A DNA stretch of 26,576 bases from Clostridia bacterium (GTDB lineage Bacteria; Bacillota; Clostridia; UMGS1840; HGM11507). A model generated the notes under the pieces. It saw nothing but the letters and a program-made list of their open reading frames with translations, made no database searches and was not told where the DNA came from. The stretch lies in NCBI GenBank assembly GCA_045539675.1, contig JAZQFU010000167.1:1-26576 (forward strand). The letters are read 5' to 3'. The translations under genes and the position numbers were made by a program. This document shows positions 8,212 through 17,422 of this stretch, in pieces. Within the stretch, counting starts at the first letter, position 1, and the number at the start of each line of letters is the position of its first letter.

Positions 8212-8272
8212 AAAAAGCATCTCCCGTTTTTACGTTCCCGGCATCCTTCCGCTTGTCCGCTCATTTTTAAAA

Positions 8273-11200
8273 TTATTTACTCACCGGCTTTACAAGTAAA
8301 TAATACTGCCCGTCATTTATATCTCTTGTACCCGGGGTTTTCATTGTGACCTTCACAGACTTACCCTCAGGCACACTTACAGTTTTCATATAGATATCAT
8401 CATAAGCATATCGACCGGTCGGTCTCTCTACAATAAATACGGTTCCAAGCTTAAGCTTCTTCCATGTATCATCAATAAATTCAGGTGTGTTTCCGTAAGT
8501 TACAACATATAAATTCGCAGTTGTATTTAAGTTAAAGCTGTATAAATCAAAGCTTTTTCCGGAAAATGCCGGGTACTTATAGCCTTTCTCACTGCCAAGT
8601 CCGTAATAATATGCATTCTGCCATGCAACCGAACTTTCAGCATCTGAACCATATGCCGCGTAATTCATGCTCATGTTAGGCGGCAGATAACAACAGCCTT
8701 CAAGCTCCGCCAAATCATTAAGATACACAACCGGATAGTCTCTGTCTCCGTAGGCAACGGCACCCTCACCGAAATTATACTTCAGTTTCGGAGAACTGAT
8801 ATACCTTTTTGACGAGGTATCTGTACATCCTTCTTTTAAACCGGAGCTTAAACCGGAATATTCCCTTACCGACTGAGTTATATTCGTCACATATGCTTTT
8901 GCGTTGACATTGTAATTTATTGTAACGGTTCTCGTACTGCCGACCTGTGCAGTCAGGGTTATTGTTGTCTTCCTGCTGCTGCAATCCGTATTCACAACCA
9001 CCTTTGTGGAATTATCCGCCGCCACAGCTGTGACAGTCGGGTAAACAGAATACTGTGATATTTCAGCATTATATTCAGACTTTGAATCGTCAAAGTCTGA
9101 AATCAGTTCGCCGTCAAGGAAAATTCCCTTCAGGGCAGTACTGTTTGAATTATATACTGATGCCTGTGTAAGCGGTTTTCCGGAAGCTTTATCCCAGATA
9201 AAGGTTTTTATAAGTCCGTTGTCCGGCAAATTAACCGAAGCTTTAAGCAGTTTTGCGTTGCCTGCCGCTTCTTCAACTGAAGCAAGTCTTCCTTCGCTGT
9301 CGTAGCTGCAAACAAGCATGCTTACATTCTTACCGTTTGCATTATTTACAAATGCATTTGCAGTTACCCGGCCGATGCCAGAATATTTAACATAGGAATA
9401 AAAGTCAACAGCTCCTGCAGTATAGTATACCGTACCGCTTTTAATAATATTATTTTTAATTGCAGTTACCGTTATTTTATACTGTGCTTCAGCTTGTGAA
9501 ACTTCAAAGCTTAACGGAGCCGATACATTTTGATATACAGTATCATTTACAGTAACATTATAGCTGCAGCCGCTTACCTCGTTCCAGCTTACCTGAGCCA
9601 TAGCATCAGAGGTTTTATTTACAGCAATATTCTGCGGTATAATCGAATTTGCAGATAAAATACCGCTGTTACTGAGCAGAATATAATTTCCGCCTTCCGC
9701 ACTTAATTCAAGTGTTTCTCCGTCGAGCGAAGCATTTAAACCAATTGCACCGGAAATCTTTCTTCCTTTTTCGTCCTTTAAATCGGATACATTGCCGACA
9801 GTCAGATACTTATTTGCCGCATTAAGCGAAATATCACAGTCATCATCACAGCTCAGTGCAAGCTGACTGTTACCCATTGCAACAGTAACTGCTTCGTCCG
9901 AATTAATCAGAACATTTCCGTCAACTTCTAAGTAAGTACCGTTCGTAAGCATAACTGAATAGCTGTTTAATGCCACAGCTGTTCCGGAAAACTCAATATT
10001 TTCCGCAACGACGGTGTCACTTTCGCCCTTTAAGTTAACAAACACCTCTGTACCGTCCTCAAAGCTAAGCTTCATATAGCTTCCGTCGTCCGAATAGGTT
10101 GGTGTAATTTCCTTAGCAGCTGTTTCCCCTTCGTTGTAAACGTCCATTGTGACAACCATTTTTGCAGCACTGCATTTTTCTGTTGCAAAGGAAACTCTTT
10201 TATGCTCAGGGTAATCCGCATAAGAGCCTTCCGCAGGATAATAGGTTCCATTCGGTGCAGTAAAGCCATCATAATACTCCCGTATAACCGTTTCAGGATA
10301 CTGAACCTGCGCTTTAAGTCTTGCTGTGCCCTGCTTTATAACTGCGGAATTTTCCGCATTTTCAGGAATTTCAATAGCATTCTCCCCATTGAGCCACCAT
10401 TCAAAGACAGACGTACTGCCGGCTTTAGCCTTAAGATCGTCAATTACAACAAAAACATCAGGTCTTACATAAATGATACTTCTTTCAAATTTATCAAGCT
10501 TTCCGTTATATGCCTGCGTTGCATCGCCCGTCACACTATCAAAATCAATATGATTTACAAAAGCTTTTATACTTCCTTCAGCATTAAAGGAATTTAATTT
10601 CTGACCTGCTCCTCCGTCTGTTGTTATACTGTTGTTGGCAAAGGTCTGTCTGTGAATATTCTGTTCATGGGGCGAACCGAAAGCATCATAATATCCCGAG
10701 TGAATAGCTAAGTTTTCTCCAAAAGCAGAAATCAAAAATCCGTTATTATCCGAAAAGGAATGACTGTAAGTTCCGTACGGACTTGAACGGAAGGTAAGCT
10801 GCACTCTGTCGGAATCTTCAAGACTGCTTGTCATAACAGCCACACCTATATCACGGAATTCATGCGACAGCGGCAAATCCTTCGGAGACATACTTGCCAC
10901 ACTGTCCGACATATTCGCATAATAGTCGCTGAAATCATTTACACTTCCCATTCCCTTTGCATTTTCAGCATACCATTTTGCATAAGAATTTCCGGTGAAA
11001 TATGCCGTTCTTTTCATTCCTGCCGTTACCTGTGAATTGCTTTCAGACTTTTTTCTGCCCGCACCCTCGCCGAAGCCTCCGTATGAGCCTATAGGCCAGG
11101 CATAGGTTGTATAGAGATATTCATTCTGAAACCATGCTCTGTCATAGAAATTAACAACTCCGCCAAGTGCAAGAAGGTCAACAAAATCCTTATCTATCAG

Positions 11201-12676
11201 ACGGGAATTATAATAACCCGTTCCCTGTGCCCAGCCGCCGTCTTCATATGACCACGCAGGAATGTATGAAAAGGCTTCAATAGTATCACGAAGAAGCTTA
11301 TCGTAGCCTTCAATTTCTCCGTAGGTTGCATATGCAACTATTCCGGCATACATAAATCTTGTACCTTCATGGGAACCGTAAGGCATTTTTCTGTTATATT
11401 CCGGATAGATTGAAATAGGATCTGTTCTCTGCTTAATAACGGATAAAACCGTCGGTATCTCTGTATCAGCATCAAGCAAGCCGTAAATCCAGTCATAGGC
11501 TCTTGCCATACATATTGCAATAAGACGGTTTGCCTGAGTTGCTTTTTCCGCCGAGGTCGAACCCGCCGGATCCCATCCGGCAAGCTTTAAAAGCACCGTT
11601 TTAGCATATGCACCGATAGCAGCATCCTCTGTAAGCAAATATATAAAACTGCAAGCCATCAGCTGATCAGTCATTTTCTCAGATGCTTTATTGATATAAT
11701 TTGTATATTGAATTGACTGATAAGCATCTGAAGCACTTTCATCTATGCCTGCGTCCTCTTCGTTTGGATCATCGTAAAGCTTATTAGCCAAAACATAACC
11801 CTGAGCTTCAGCCAGATACTTTTCATACACAAGCTTTGAATATTCGTTTGTTTCCTTCAGCTTTCTGAATTCTTCCAGCTTTTCAGGTCTTGTGAATACT
11901 CTTGGATGTGAAGACGGTATTCTTGACATAATAGTATCAATATCCTCCATCACAGCCTCATAAGCATTCGTATCAATTCTGAACCTTCTCGCCTCCGACC
12001 ACTCACTTTGCCCGTCGTCAATAAAATATCTTACCGACCAGTAATACTGCACACCGGTCTCCAGAAGACAATCGGGGGTAAATACATTGATTTTAAGTCC
12101 ATCCCAATGATATTTTATATCACTGAGTGCTTCATCGCTGCATATTTTAAGCTCAAAGCTGTCTGCACCCTCCACAAAGGGCCAGGTAAAGCTCGGTGGA
12201 TTTTGCTGTGAAGCATACTTATCCTTAGGTCTGAAGTTCATTGCAAGTCCGTCGCTGCGCTGATAAACACAGTCCGAGTCCCAGTTATAACCCGAAACAT
12301 ACGGATCGTTGTTATAGGCTACTACTGCCGTTGCTGCTTCGTCAACGGCTTTTCCGCCCACAGTCACAGTATAATCCCCGAGAGGGGCGGTATCGTCTAA
12401 AGTGAGCGTTTTTTTATACTGCCCATCTTCACCACAAATTATCTGATCCATATACAACAGCATCCCTTTTGGATCAGTAATCGTAAGACTTATCTGGTTA
12501 TCTGAAAGTCCGTTGTCTATACTTCCGCGGACTGAAAGCATCTTCCCGTTTATATTTGCAGACAGCGATACGGTTTCAACACCCGCCGCAAACGATACCG
12601 GAAAAGCTGACATAAGTACAGCCGACGTAAGCATAAGACATATAATCTTTTTTATAAATTTTAACAAACTAATCAC
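8273..12676 (-). CDS. Secreted multimodular PL15-like polysaccharide lyase A: signal peptide, Ig-like module, DUF4962, heparinase II/III-like domain, Fn3-like, module X, cadherin-like, C-terminal domain Y
   Basis: Signal peptide ending VSFA. QNPPSFTW...NVFTPD...YYW and HPRVF (DUF4962/PL15 N-terminus), PYGSHE, DGGWAQGTGYY, FRSSPYGTYSHSFSDNNGF...GENLAIHSGYY. These resemble the PL15 motifs of Agrobacterium Atu3025 as I recall them. Alternative start: TTG 12667, 8 nt after an SD-like AGGGCG. Confidence 0.8.
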   Translation of the reverse strand: MISLLKFIKKIICLMLTSAVLMSAFPVSFAAGVETVSLSANINGKMLSVRGSIDNGLSDNQISLTITDPKGMLLYMDQIICGEDGQYKKTLTLDDTAPLGDYTVTVGGKAVDEAATAVVAYNNDPYVSGYNWDSDCVYQRSDGLAMNFRPKDKYASQQNPPSFTWPFVEGADSFELKICSDEALSDIKYHWDGLKINVFTPDCLLETGVQYYWSVRYFIDDGQSEWSEARRFRIDTNAYEAVMEDIDTIMSRIPSSHPRVFTRPEKLEEFRKLKETNEYSKLVYEKYLAEAQGYVLANKLYDDPNEEDAGIDESASDAYQSIQYTNYINKASEKMTDQLMACSFIYLLTEDAAIGAYAKTVLLKLAGWDPAGSTSAEKATQANRLIAICMARAYDWIYGLLDADTEIPTVLSVIKQRTDPISIYPEYNRKMPYGSHEGTRFMYAGIVAYATYGEIEGYDKLLRDTIEAFSYIPAWSYEDGGWAQGTGYYNSRLIDKDFVDLLALGGVVNFYDRAWFQNEYLYTTYAWPIGSYGGFGEGAGRKKSESNSQVTAGMKRTAYFTGNSYAKWYAENAKGMGSVNDFSDYYANMSDSVASMSPKDLPLSHEFRDIGVAVMTSSLEDSDRVQLTFRSSPYGTYSHSFSDNNGFLISAFGENLAIHSGYYDAFGSPHEQNIHRQTFANNSITTDGGAGQKLNSFNAEGSIKAFVNHIDFDSVTGDATQAYNGKLDKFERSIIYVRPDVFVVIDDLKAKAGSTSVFEWWLNGENAIEIPENAENSAVIKQGTARLKAQVQYPETVIREYYDGFTAPNGTYYPAEGSYADYPEHKRVSFATEKCSAAKMVVTMDVYNEGETAAKEITPTYSDDGSYMKLSFEDGTEVFVNLKGESDTVVAENIEFSGTAVALNSYSVMLTNGTYLEVDGNVLINSDEAVTVAMGNSQLALSCDDDCDISLNAANKYLTVGNVSDLKDEKGRKISGAIGLNASLDGETLELSAEGGNYILLSNSGILSANSIIPQNIAVNKTSDAMAQVSWNEVSGCSYNVTVNDTVYQNVSAPLSFEVSQAEAQYKITVTAIKNNIIKSGTVYYTAGAVDFYSYVKYSGIGRVTANAFVNNANGKNVSMLVCSYDSEGRLASVEEAAGNAKLLKASVNLPDNGLIKTFIWDKASGKPLTQASVYNSNSTALKGIFLDGELISDFDDSKSEYNAEISQYSVYPTVTAVAADNSTKVVVNTDCSSRKTTITLTAQVGSTRTVTINYNVNAKAYVTNITQSVREYSGLSSGLKEGCTDTSSKRYISSPKLKYNFGEGAVAYGDRDYPVVYLNDLAELEGCCYLPPNMSMNYAAYGSDAESSVAWQNAYYYGLGSEKGYKYPAFSGKSFDLYSFNLNTTANLYVVTYGNTPEFIDDTWKKLKLGTVFIVERPTGRYAYDDIYMKTVSVPEGKSVKVTMKTPGTRDINDGQYYLLVKPVSK

Positions 12677-12683
12677 GCCCTAA

Positions 12684-15600
12684 TTATCTTTTTAGAAGCA
12701 CAATCCAGTCATAGTTCCACGACCCCGAAACTACCTCAAAAGTGATTTCATAGGTTCCCGGCTCAAGCTCAAGTCCGCTGTCAGTAATCGCTGTATGCCA
12801 CTGCTCGGGAGTCGAACCGAATCCGTCGGTCTTGCGGTCAAGCCCGAATTCATAATCCTTACCGAGAATATTGAATGAACGAACCGACGTACCTTTATCA
12901 GAATCTGTGCTTATCCATGAAACATACTTAACAGCCAGGTCATATACGCCTGCTTCTTTAATTTCAATGTTATACTTTATCTGCGTACCGATATTATTAA
13001 AGCTTGAAATACCTTTACCTCCCGACAGGAAGGATCTTGTTGTATAGACTCTTGCTCCGTCAGCAATTTTGCCGGTATAATCCTCAGCCTCAACAAATAC
13101 CGATGCTCTGTTTCTTACAGCATCATAATCAGCCTCGTAGGTTGTATTAAGCTTTTTGGACTCTATAGATTCAAGCTTAATATAATTCACAGCGGAATCA
13201 GTACTTACATCAACGGTACTGAAGCCTCTTATATCCCCTATCTGATTTCCGGCAAAGTCAAGCTCTTTATTCTTTTCAACCACCTTGTATTTTTTCGAAG
13301 GAACAGATATCGCACCCTGGTAGTTAACAGAACCGTCACGCTTTGTATATCCTTTGATTTGGTATTTTTTCCGCTCTCCGTCAGCATCAACTGTAACCTC
13401 ACCCGTTACTTCTTCTGTTTTAAATTGCTTGCCGTTCAGCATAAGAGAATAATGTCCAAGCTCAGAAGTGAAGGTTACATAAGCCTCCGATTCTTCAACC
13501 GTGTATGATTTTTCTTCTTCGGATTTTTTTCCGGCTTCAGCCTCCTTTAATATACCTTTTTCATAGGAAATGCCGATTGCCGGTGAAAGCTCTCTGCCGT
13601 TATACTCTGTAACACTGTTAAGCCCGTCAATGTAATCATTATTTGTATTAACCGAAACTCTGTTGTCACATTCAGATGAGATACCAAGCTCATCCTTACC
13701 CATACATACAGATACAACACCTTCGGATTTTACAAGCTCTGTACCGTTTAAGATAAGTGATGTACCGTTAACAAGCATTACAGAATCATCATTATATACA
13801 ACTGCGTCACCGTTAAATACTATATCGCCTGCACTTACGGTTTCTGCAGAGTCTCCTGTGTTTACATACATAATTGTACCGTCTTCAAAGGTCATTTTTA
13901 TATAACCTTCAAAACATTCGGTATCAACATCACGTGCCGCAATATGATTCTGATGCACGTCAAGGGCTACAACAATTTTTGTTTCATTAGCCTTTTCTGT
14001 TTCAAACCATGCACGTCTGTGAACGGAAGAGTTTGCATAGCTGCCCTCAGGATTATACTCCTTCATTGTAGAGTTTGCCCAGATATCATTATAGAAGGTC
14101 TTTACATTCTTCGGATATTCAACGGAGACATCAAGAACCGCATTATTCTGCTGCAGTCTTACCCCGTTTCCGTTTTCATAAACACTTATATCATCCAGTG
14201 CATTAAGCCACCACTCAAACTTAGCGGTTTTGTTTTCGTTGTCAGATGCCTTAAGGTCATCAATAACAACAAAAATATCCGGTCTTATGTATACCACATT
14301 TCTTCTGAAGCGTCCAAGCTTTATCCCGCTGTAAGCCCGAGTTGCATCTCCGGTTAAAAGATCAAAGTCAACATGATTTAAAAAATTTGTTATCTTTCCC
14401 TTTGCCTCAATATCACTAAGATTCTGCCCCTTGCTGTTCGCTATGGTAACAGTATTGTTTGAGGTTGAGTTTCTGTAAATATTCTGTTCATGGGGCGAAC
14501 CGAAAGCATCATAATAGCCGCTGTGTATCAAAAGATTCTCTCCGAAGGCAGAAATCAGAATACCGTTATTATCCGAGAACGAATGGCTGTATGTTCCGTA
14601 CGGACTTGAACGGAAGGTAAGCTGTATTCTGTTCGGGTCAGTCAGATCATTTGTAAGATTTGCAACTCCGATATCCTTAAACACGTGTGAAAGCTGCAGC
14701 TCTGCAGGAGATTCTGATTTTACATCGGCGCTCATATTTGCATAATAATCGCTTATATCATCAATTGCCCACATTCCTGCAGAATTTTCTGCATACCATT
14801 TTGCATAAGGATTATTTGAAAAATACGCAGTTCTCTTCATTCCGTTTGTAAGATTGAAATCAGCAGAATGACGTCCAAGCCCTGCCCCCTCGCCGAAGCC
14901 GCCGTATGAGCCTATGGGAACAGCGTATGTTGTATAAAGATATTCATTCCGGTACCATGCTCTGTTATAGAAATTGACAACTCCGCCAAGGGCAAGAAGG
15001 TCAACAAAGTCCTTGTCTATCTGTCTGGAATTATAATATCCCACACCCTGCGACCAGCCTCCGTCTTCGTATGACCATGTAGGTACCATGGAAAATGATT
15101 CTATGGTATCGCGAAGAAGCTTTTCATAGCCTTCGATTTCCCCATAGGTTGCATATGCTACTATTCCGGCATACATATATCTCGTCCACTCGTGTGAACC
15201 GTAAGGATTTTCTCTGTTATATTCCGGATAAATCGAAATCGGGTCGGTTCTTTGCTTTATAACATTTAGTATTATCTTTTTGTCCTCTTCGCTGAACAAG
15301 TCATAAAGCCAGTCATAAGCTCTTGCCATACATATTGCAATCAGACGGTTTGCCTGAGTTGCTTTTTCAGGTGAGCTTGCACCGTTTACATCCCATTCCG
15401 AAAGCTTAAGCATAGCTTTTCTGCCGTATTCACCAATTTCCTTATCGCCGGAAATGAGATATACAAAGCCGCATGCCATAATCTGATCGGTCATATCGTT
15501 TGCAGCATCGTTTATATAGTTTGTATACTGTATACTCTGGACAGCAGAAGATGCATTCTTATCTATAACCGCATTTTCCGCATTTGCGTCTCCGTACAGA

Positions 15601-16208
15601 TTTCCTTCCTGAACGTATTTTAAAGCATCCTCCAAATATTTCTCATATACTCTCTTTGAATATTGATTTGTATCCTTAAGGCTTCTGAATTCTTCAAGCT
15701 TTTCGGGAGTTGTGAATACTCTCGGATGAGAAGAAGGAATTCTTGCCATAATGGTATCAATGTCATCCATTACAGCCTCGTGAGCATCCGGATCTATTCT
15801 TAAACGCCTTGGCTCTGACCATTCACCGGGTTTGCCCTTAATATAGTATCTTACCGCCCAATAATAAGTCACTCCGGTTTCGAGAGTATGACCGGGAGTG
15901 TAAAGATTGAGCTTAATACCCTCCCACTTATATTTCACATCGGTAAGTGCCTCATCTCCGCAAAGAATGAGATCAAAGCTTTCGGCTGCCTCAACGTATG
16001 GCCATGTAAAGCTTGTCGGATTCTGCACCGATACATATTTATCCTCGGGTCTGAAACCCCTTTTATACTTTCCCAGACTCACATATTCGGAGGTCCAGTT
16101 ATATTCCCCGGAAGCTGCAGCATATGAAAAAAACGGCATCGTACCTGCAGCCATACTAAGAATAATGCAAAGAGAAACCAACCTTTTTAAACTTCTTCTA
16201 AATTCCAT
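12684..16208 (-). CDS. Secreted PL15-like polysaccharide lyase B: signal peptide, DUF4962, heparinase II/III-like domain, C-terminal CBM6/CBM35-like domain, 1174 aa
   Basis: GGAGG RBS and signal peptide. Same lyase motifs as lyase A (QNPTSFTWP, PYGSHE, DGGWSQGVGYY, FRSSPYGTYSHSFSDNNG). The C-terminal VEAEDY...YDLAVKY...GTYEITF...NYDWI is typical of CBM6/35 galactose-binding-like folds. Confidence 0.8.
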   Translation of the reverse strand: MEFRRSLKRLVSLCIILSMAAGTMPFFSYAAASGEYNWTSEYVSLGKYKRGFRPEDKYVSVQNPTSFTWPYVEAAESFDLILCGDEALTDVKYKWEGIKLNLYTPGHTLETGVTYYWAVRYYIKGKPGEWSEPRRLRIDPDAHEAVMDDIDTIMARIPSSHPRVFTTPEKLEEFRSLKDTNQYSKRVYEKYLEDALKYVQEGNLYGDANAENAVIDKNASSAVQSIQYTNYINDAANDMTDQIMACGFVYLISGDKEIGEYGRKAMLKLSEWDVNGASSPEKATQANRLIAICMARAYDWLYDLFSEEDKKIILNVIKQRTDPISIYPEYNRENPYGSHEWTRYMYAGIVAYATYGEIEGYEKLLRDTIESFSMVPTWSYEDGGWSQGVGYYNSRQIDKDFVDLLALGGVVNFYNRAWYRNEYLYTTYAVPIGSYGGFGEGAGLGRHSADFNLTNGMKRTAYFSNNPYAKWYAENSAGMWAIDDISDYYANMSADVKSESPAELQLSHVFKDIGVANLTNDLTDPNRIQLTFRSSPYGTYSHSFSDNNGILISAFGENLLIHSGYYDAFGSPHEQNIYRNSTSNNTVTIANSKGQNLSDIEAKGKITNFLNHVDFDLLTGDATRAYSGIKLGRFRRNVVYIRPDIFVVIDDLKASDNENKTAKFEWWLNALDDISVYENGNGVRLQQNNAVLDVSVEYPKNVKTFYNDIWANSTMKEYNPEGSYANSSVHRRAWFETEKANETKIVVALDVHQNHIAARDVDTECFEGYIKMTFEDGTIMYVNTGDSAETVSAGDIVFNGDAVVYNDDSVMLVNGTSLILNGTELVKSEGVVSVCMGKDELGISSECDNRVSVNTNNDYIDGLNSVTEYNGRELSPAIGISYEKGILKEAEAGKKSEEEKSYTVEESEAYVTFTSELGHYSLMLNGKQFKTEEVTGEVTVDADGERKKYQIKGYTKRDGSVNYQGAISVPSKKYKVVEKNKELDFAGNQIGDIRGFSTVDVSTDSAVNYIKLESIESKKLNTTYEADYDAVRNRASVFVEAEDYTGKIADGARVYTTRSFLSGGKGISSFNNIGTQIKYNIEIKEAGVYDLAVKYVSWISTDSDKGTSVRSFNILGKDYEFGLDRKTDGFGSTPEQWHTAITDSGLELEPGTYEITFEVVSGSWNYDWIVLLKR

Positions 16209-17409
16209 TCTTCTTACCTCCGTCCTCAGAGGGTGTTACAATAATAACGCACCTATTTTCAGCATCATAGCCTACCTCATACCCAAGGGTTTCAGCAACC
16301 GATCTTAAGGGAACATAAAGCTGATAAGCCTTCTGCACGGAAGCTTCCAATAAATCAACAAGCTTTCCGTCTGCCGTGAACTGCGCCTCACCTGCATTGA
16401 ATACATATTCTGATTCACCGCTCTTCATAGTAAAGCAAAAACCGTTTCTTGTGTACCCTAAGCCGAAAATATTTGCAATATTCTTAACAGAAACCATTAC
16501 TCTGCCGTTATCTGAAATATAAGGTGCCGCCGATAAATATTTATATCTGCCGTCAAGCTTTATATTTATCCTGCCGGGAACTGCGTGGTTTACCGCACCC
16601 TGAACCTTTATAGCCTCAACACCCTTCGGAATATCCGTATCTTCCTCCGGAAAATCCGGCAACTCCTTTTCCTGAGATACTCTTACATAATCAACCGTCC
16701 ATTTTCCCGTTCCGACCGAGCTGGTAATTCTTACCTGCATAAGCTCTTGCGCAACATATTCGCTGTAAAAGCTTTTTTCCGTAGCGTAGGTTGTTTTTCC
16801 TGTGCTTTCATTGGTAAATACAGTGTATGCCAGTGAGGTATTAAAATCCACATACATTTTTACGTGATACCAGATTTCCTCTTTAACCGGTTCTGACAGG
16901 ACAGGTGTTTGATCAAGACCTCCGCTGTTATAATAATGGTGTCCGTTTCCGGATTGAAGTGAGAACCGCGCAAATTCCTTTGCAGTTCCCTTATCATTTC
17001 CGTGTAGGGTAAGTCTGAAAACGCTCCACGGGGCACCGTCGGTAGATGTATACTTATATCTTGTCTCTACGCTTACAATTCCTGTTGGATTAGGCATATC
17101 TATAATAGCCTGAGGTCCGCCTGAATCAGCAAGGTCTGTAAGCTCAAGACAGTTTTTCTTTAATCCGCCCCCAACGTCATTAACCCCAACAAGTAAAGTA
17201 CCGTTGTTTCCGTTTGAACGTGTAACCGTAGGTCTGCTTCCTTCTGCGTAGTTTGTAAAATCATCAAAGAATATATCATTGGACTGTGGTTGGGGACGCA
17301 CTGTCTCCTTTATAAGCTCCGGGTCACGTCTCAGCGCCTCCGCAAAGGCAATGGTACTGAAAAACACAGTGCATACAAGTATTAACGAAATGACTGATTT
17401 AAATTTCAT
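16198..17409 (-). CDS. Secreted protein: ConA/lectin-like beta-sandwich plus C-terminal copper amine oxidase N-terminal-like (stalk) domain, about 403 aa
   Basis: Signal peptide MKFKSVISLILVCTVFFSTIAFA; start ATG 17409, 8 nt after AGGAGG. N-domain FFDDF...WYHVKMYVDF...VDYVRV. C-domain APYISDNGRVMVSVKNIA...YVPLRSVAETLGYEVGYD. Overlaps the start of lyase B by 11 nt. Confidence 0.75.
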   Translation of the reverse strand: MKFKSVISLILVCTVFFSTIAFAEALRRDPELIKETVRPQPQSNDIFFDDFTNYAEGSRPTVTRSNGNNGTLLVGVNDVGGGLKKNCLELTDLADSGGPQAIIDMPNPTGIVSVETRYKYTSTDGAPWSVFRLTLHGNDKGTAKEFARFSLQSGNGHHYYNSGGLDQTPVLSEPVKEEIWYHVKMYVDFNTSLAYTVFTNESTGKTTYATEKSFYSEYVAQELMQVRITSSVGTGKWTVDYVRVSQEKELPDFPEEDTDIPKGVEAIKVQGAVNHAVPGRINIKLDGRYKYLSAAPYISDNGRVMVSVKNIANIFGLGYTRNGFCFTMKSGESEYVFNAGEAQFTADGKLVDLLEASVQKAYQLYVPLRSVAETLGYEVGYDAENRCVIIVTPSEDGGKKNGI

Positions 17410-17422
17410 ACTCACGCCCTCC

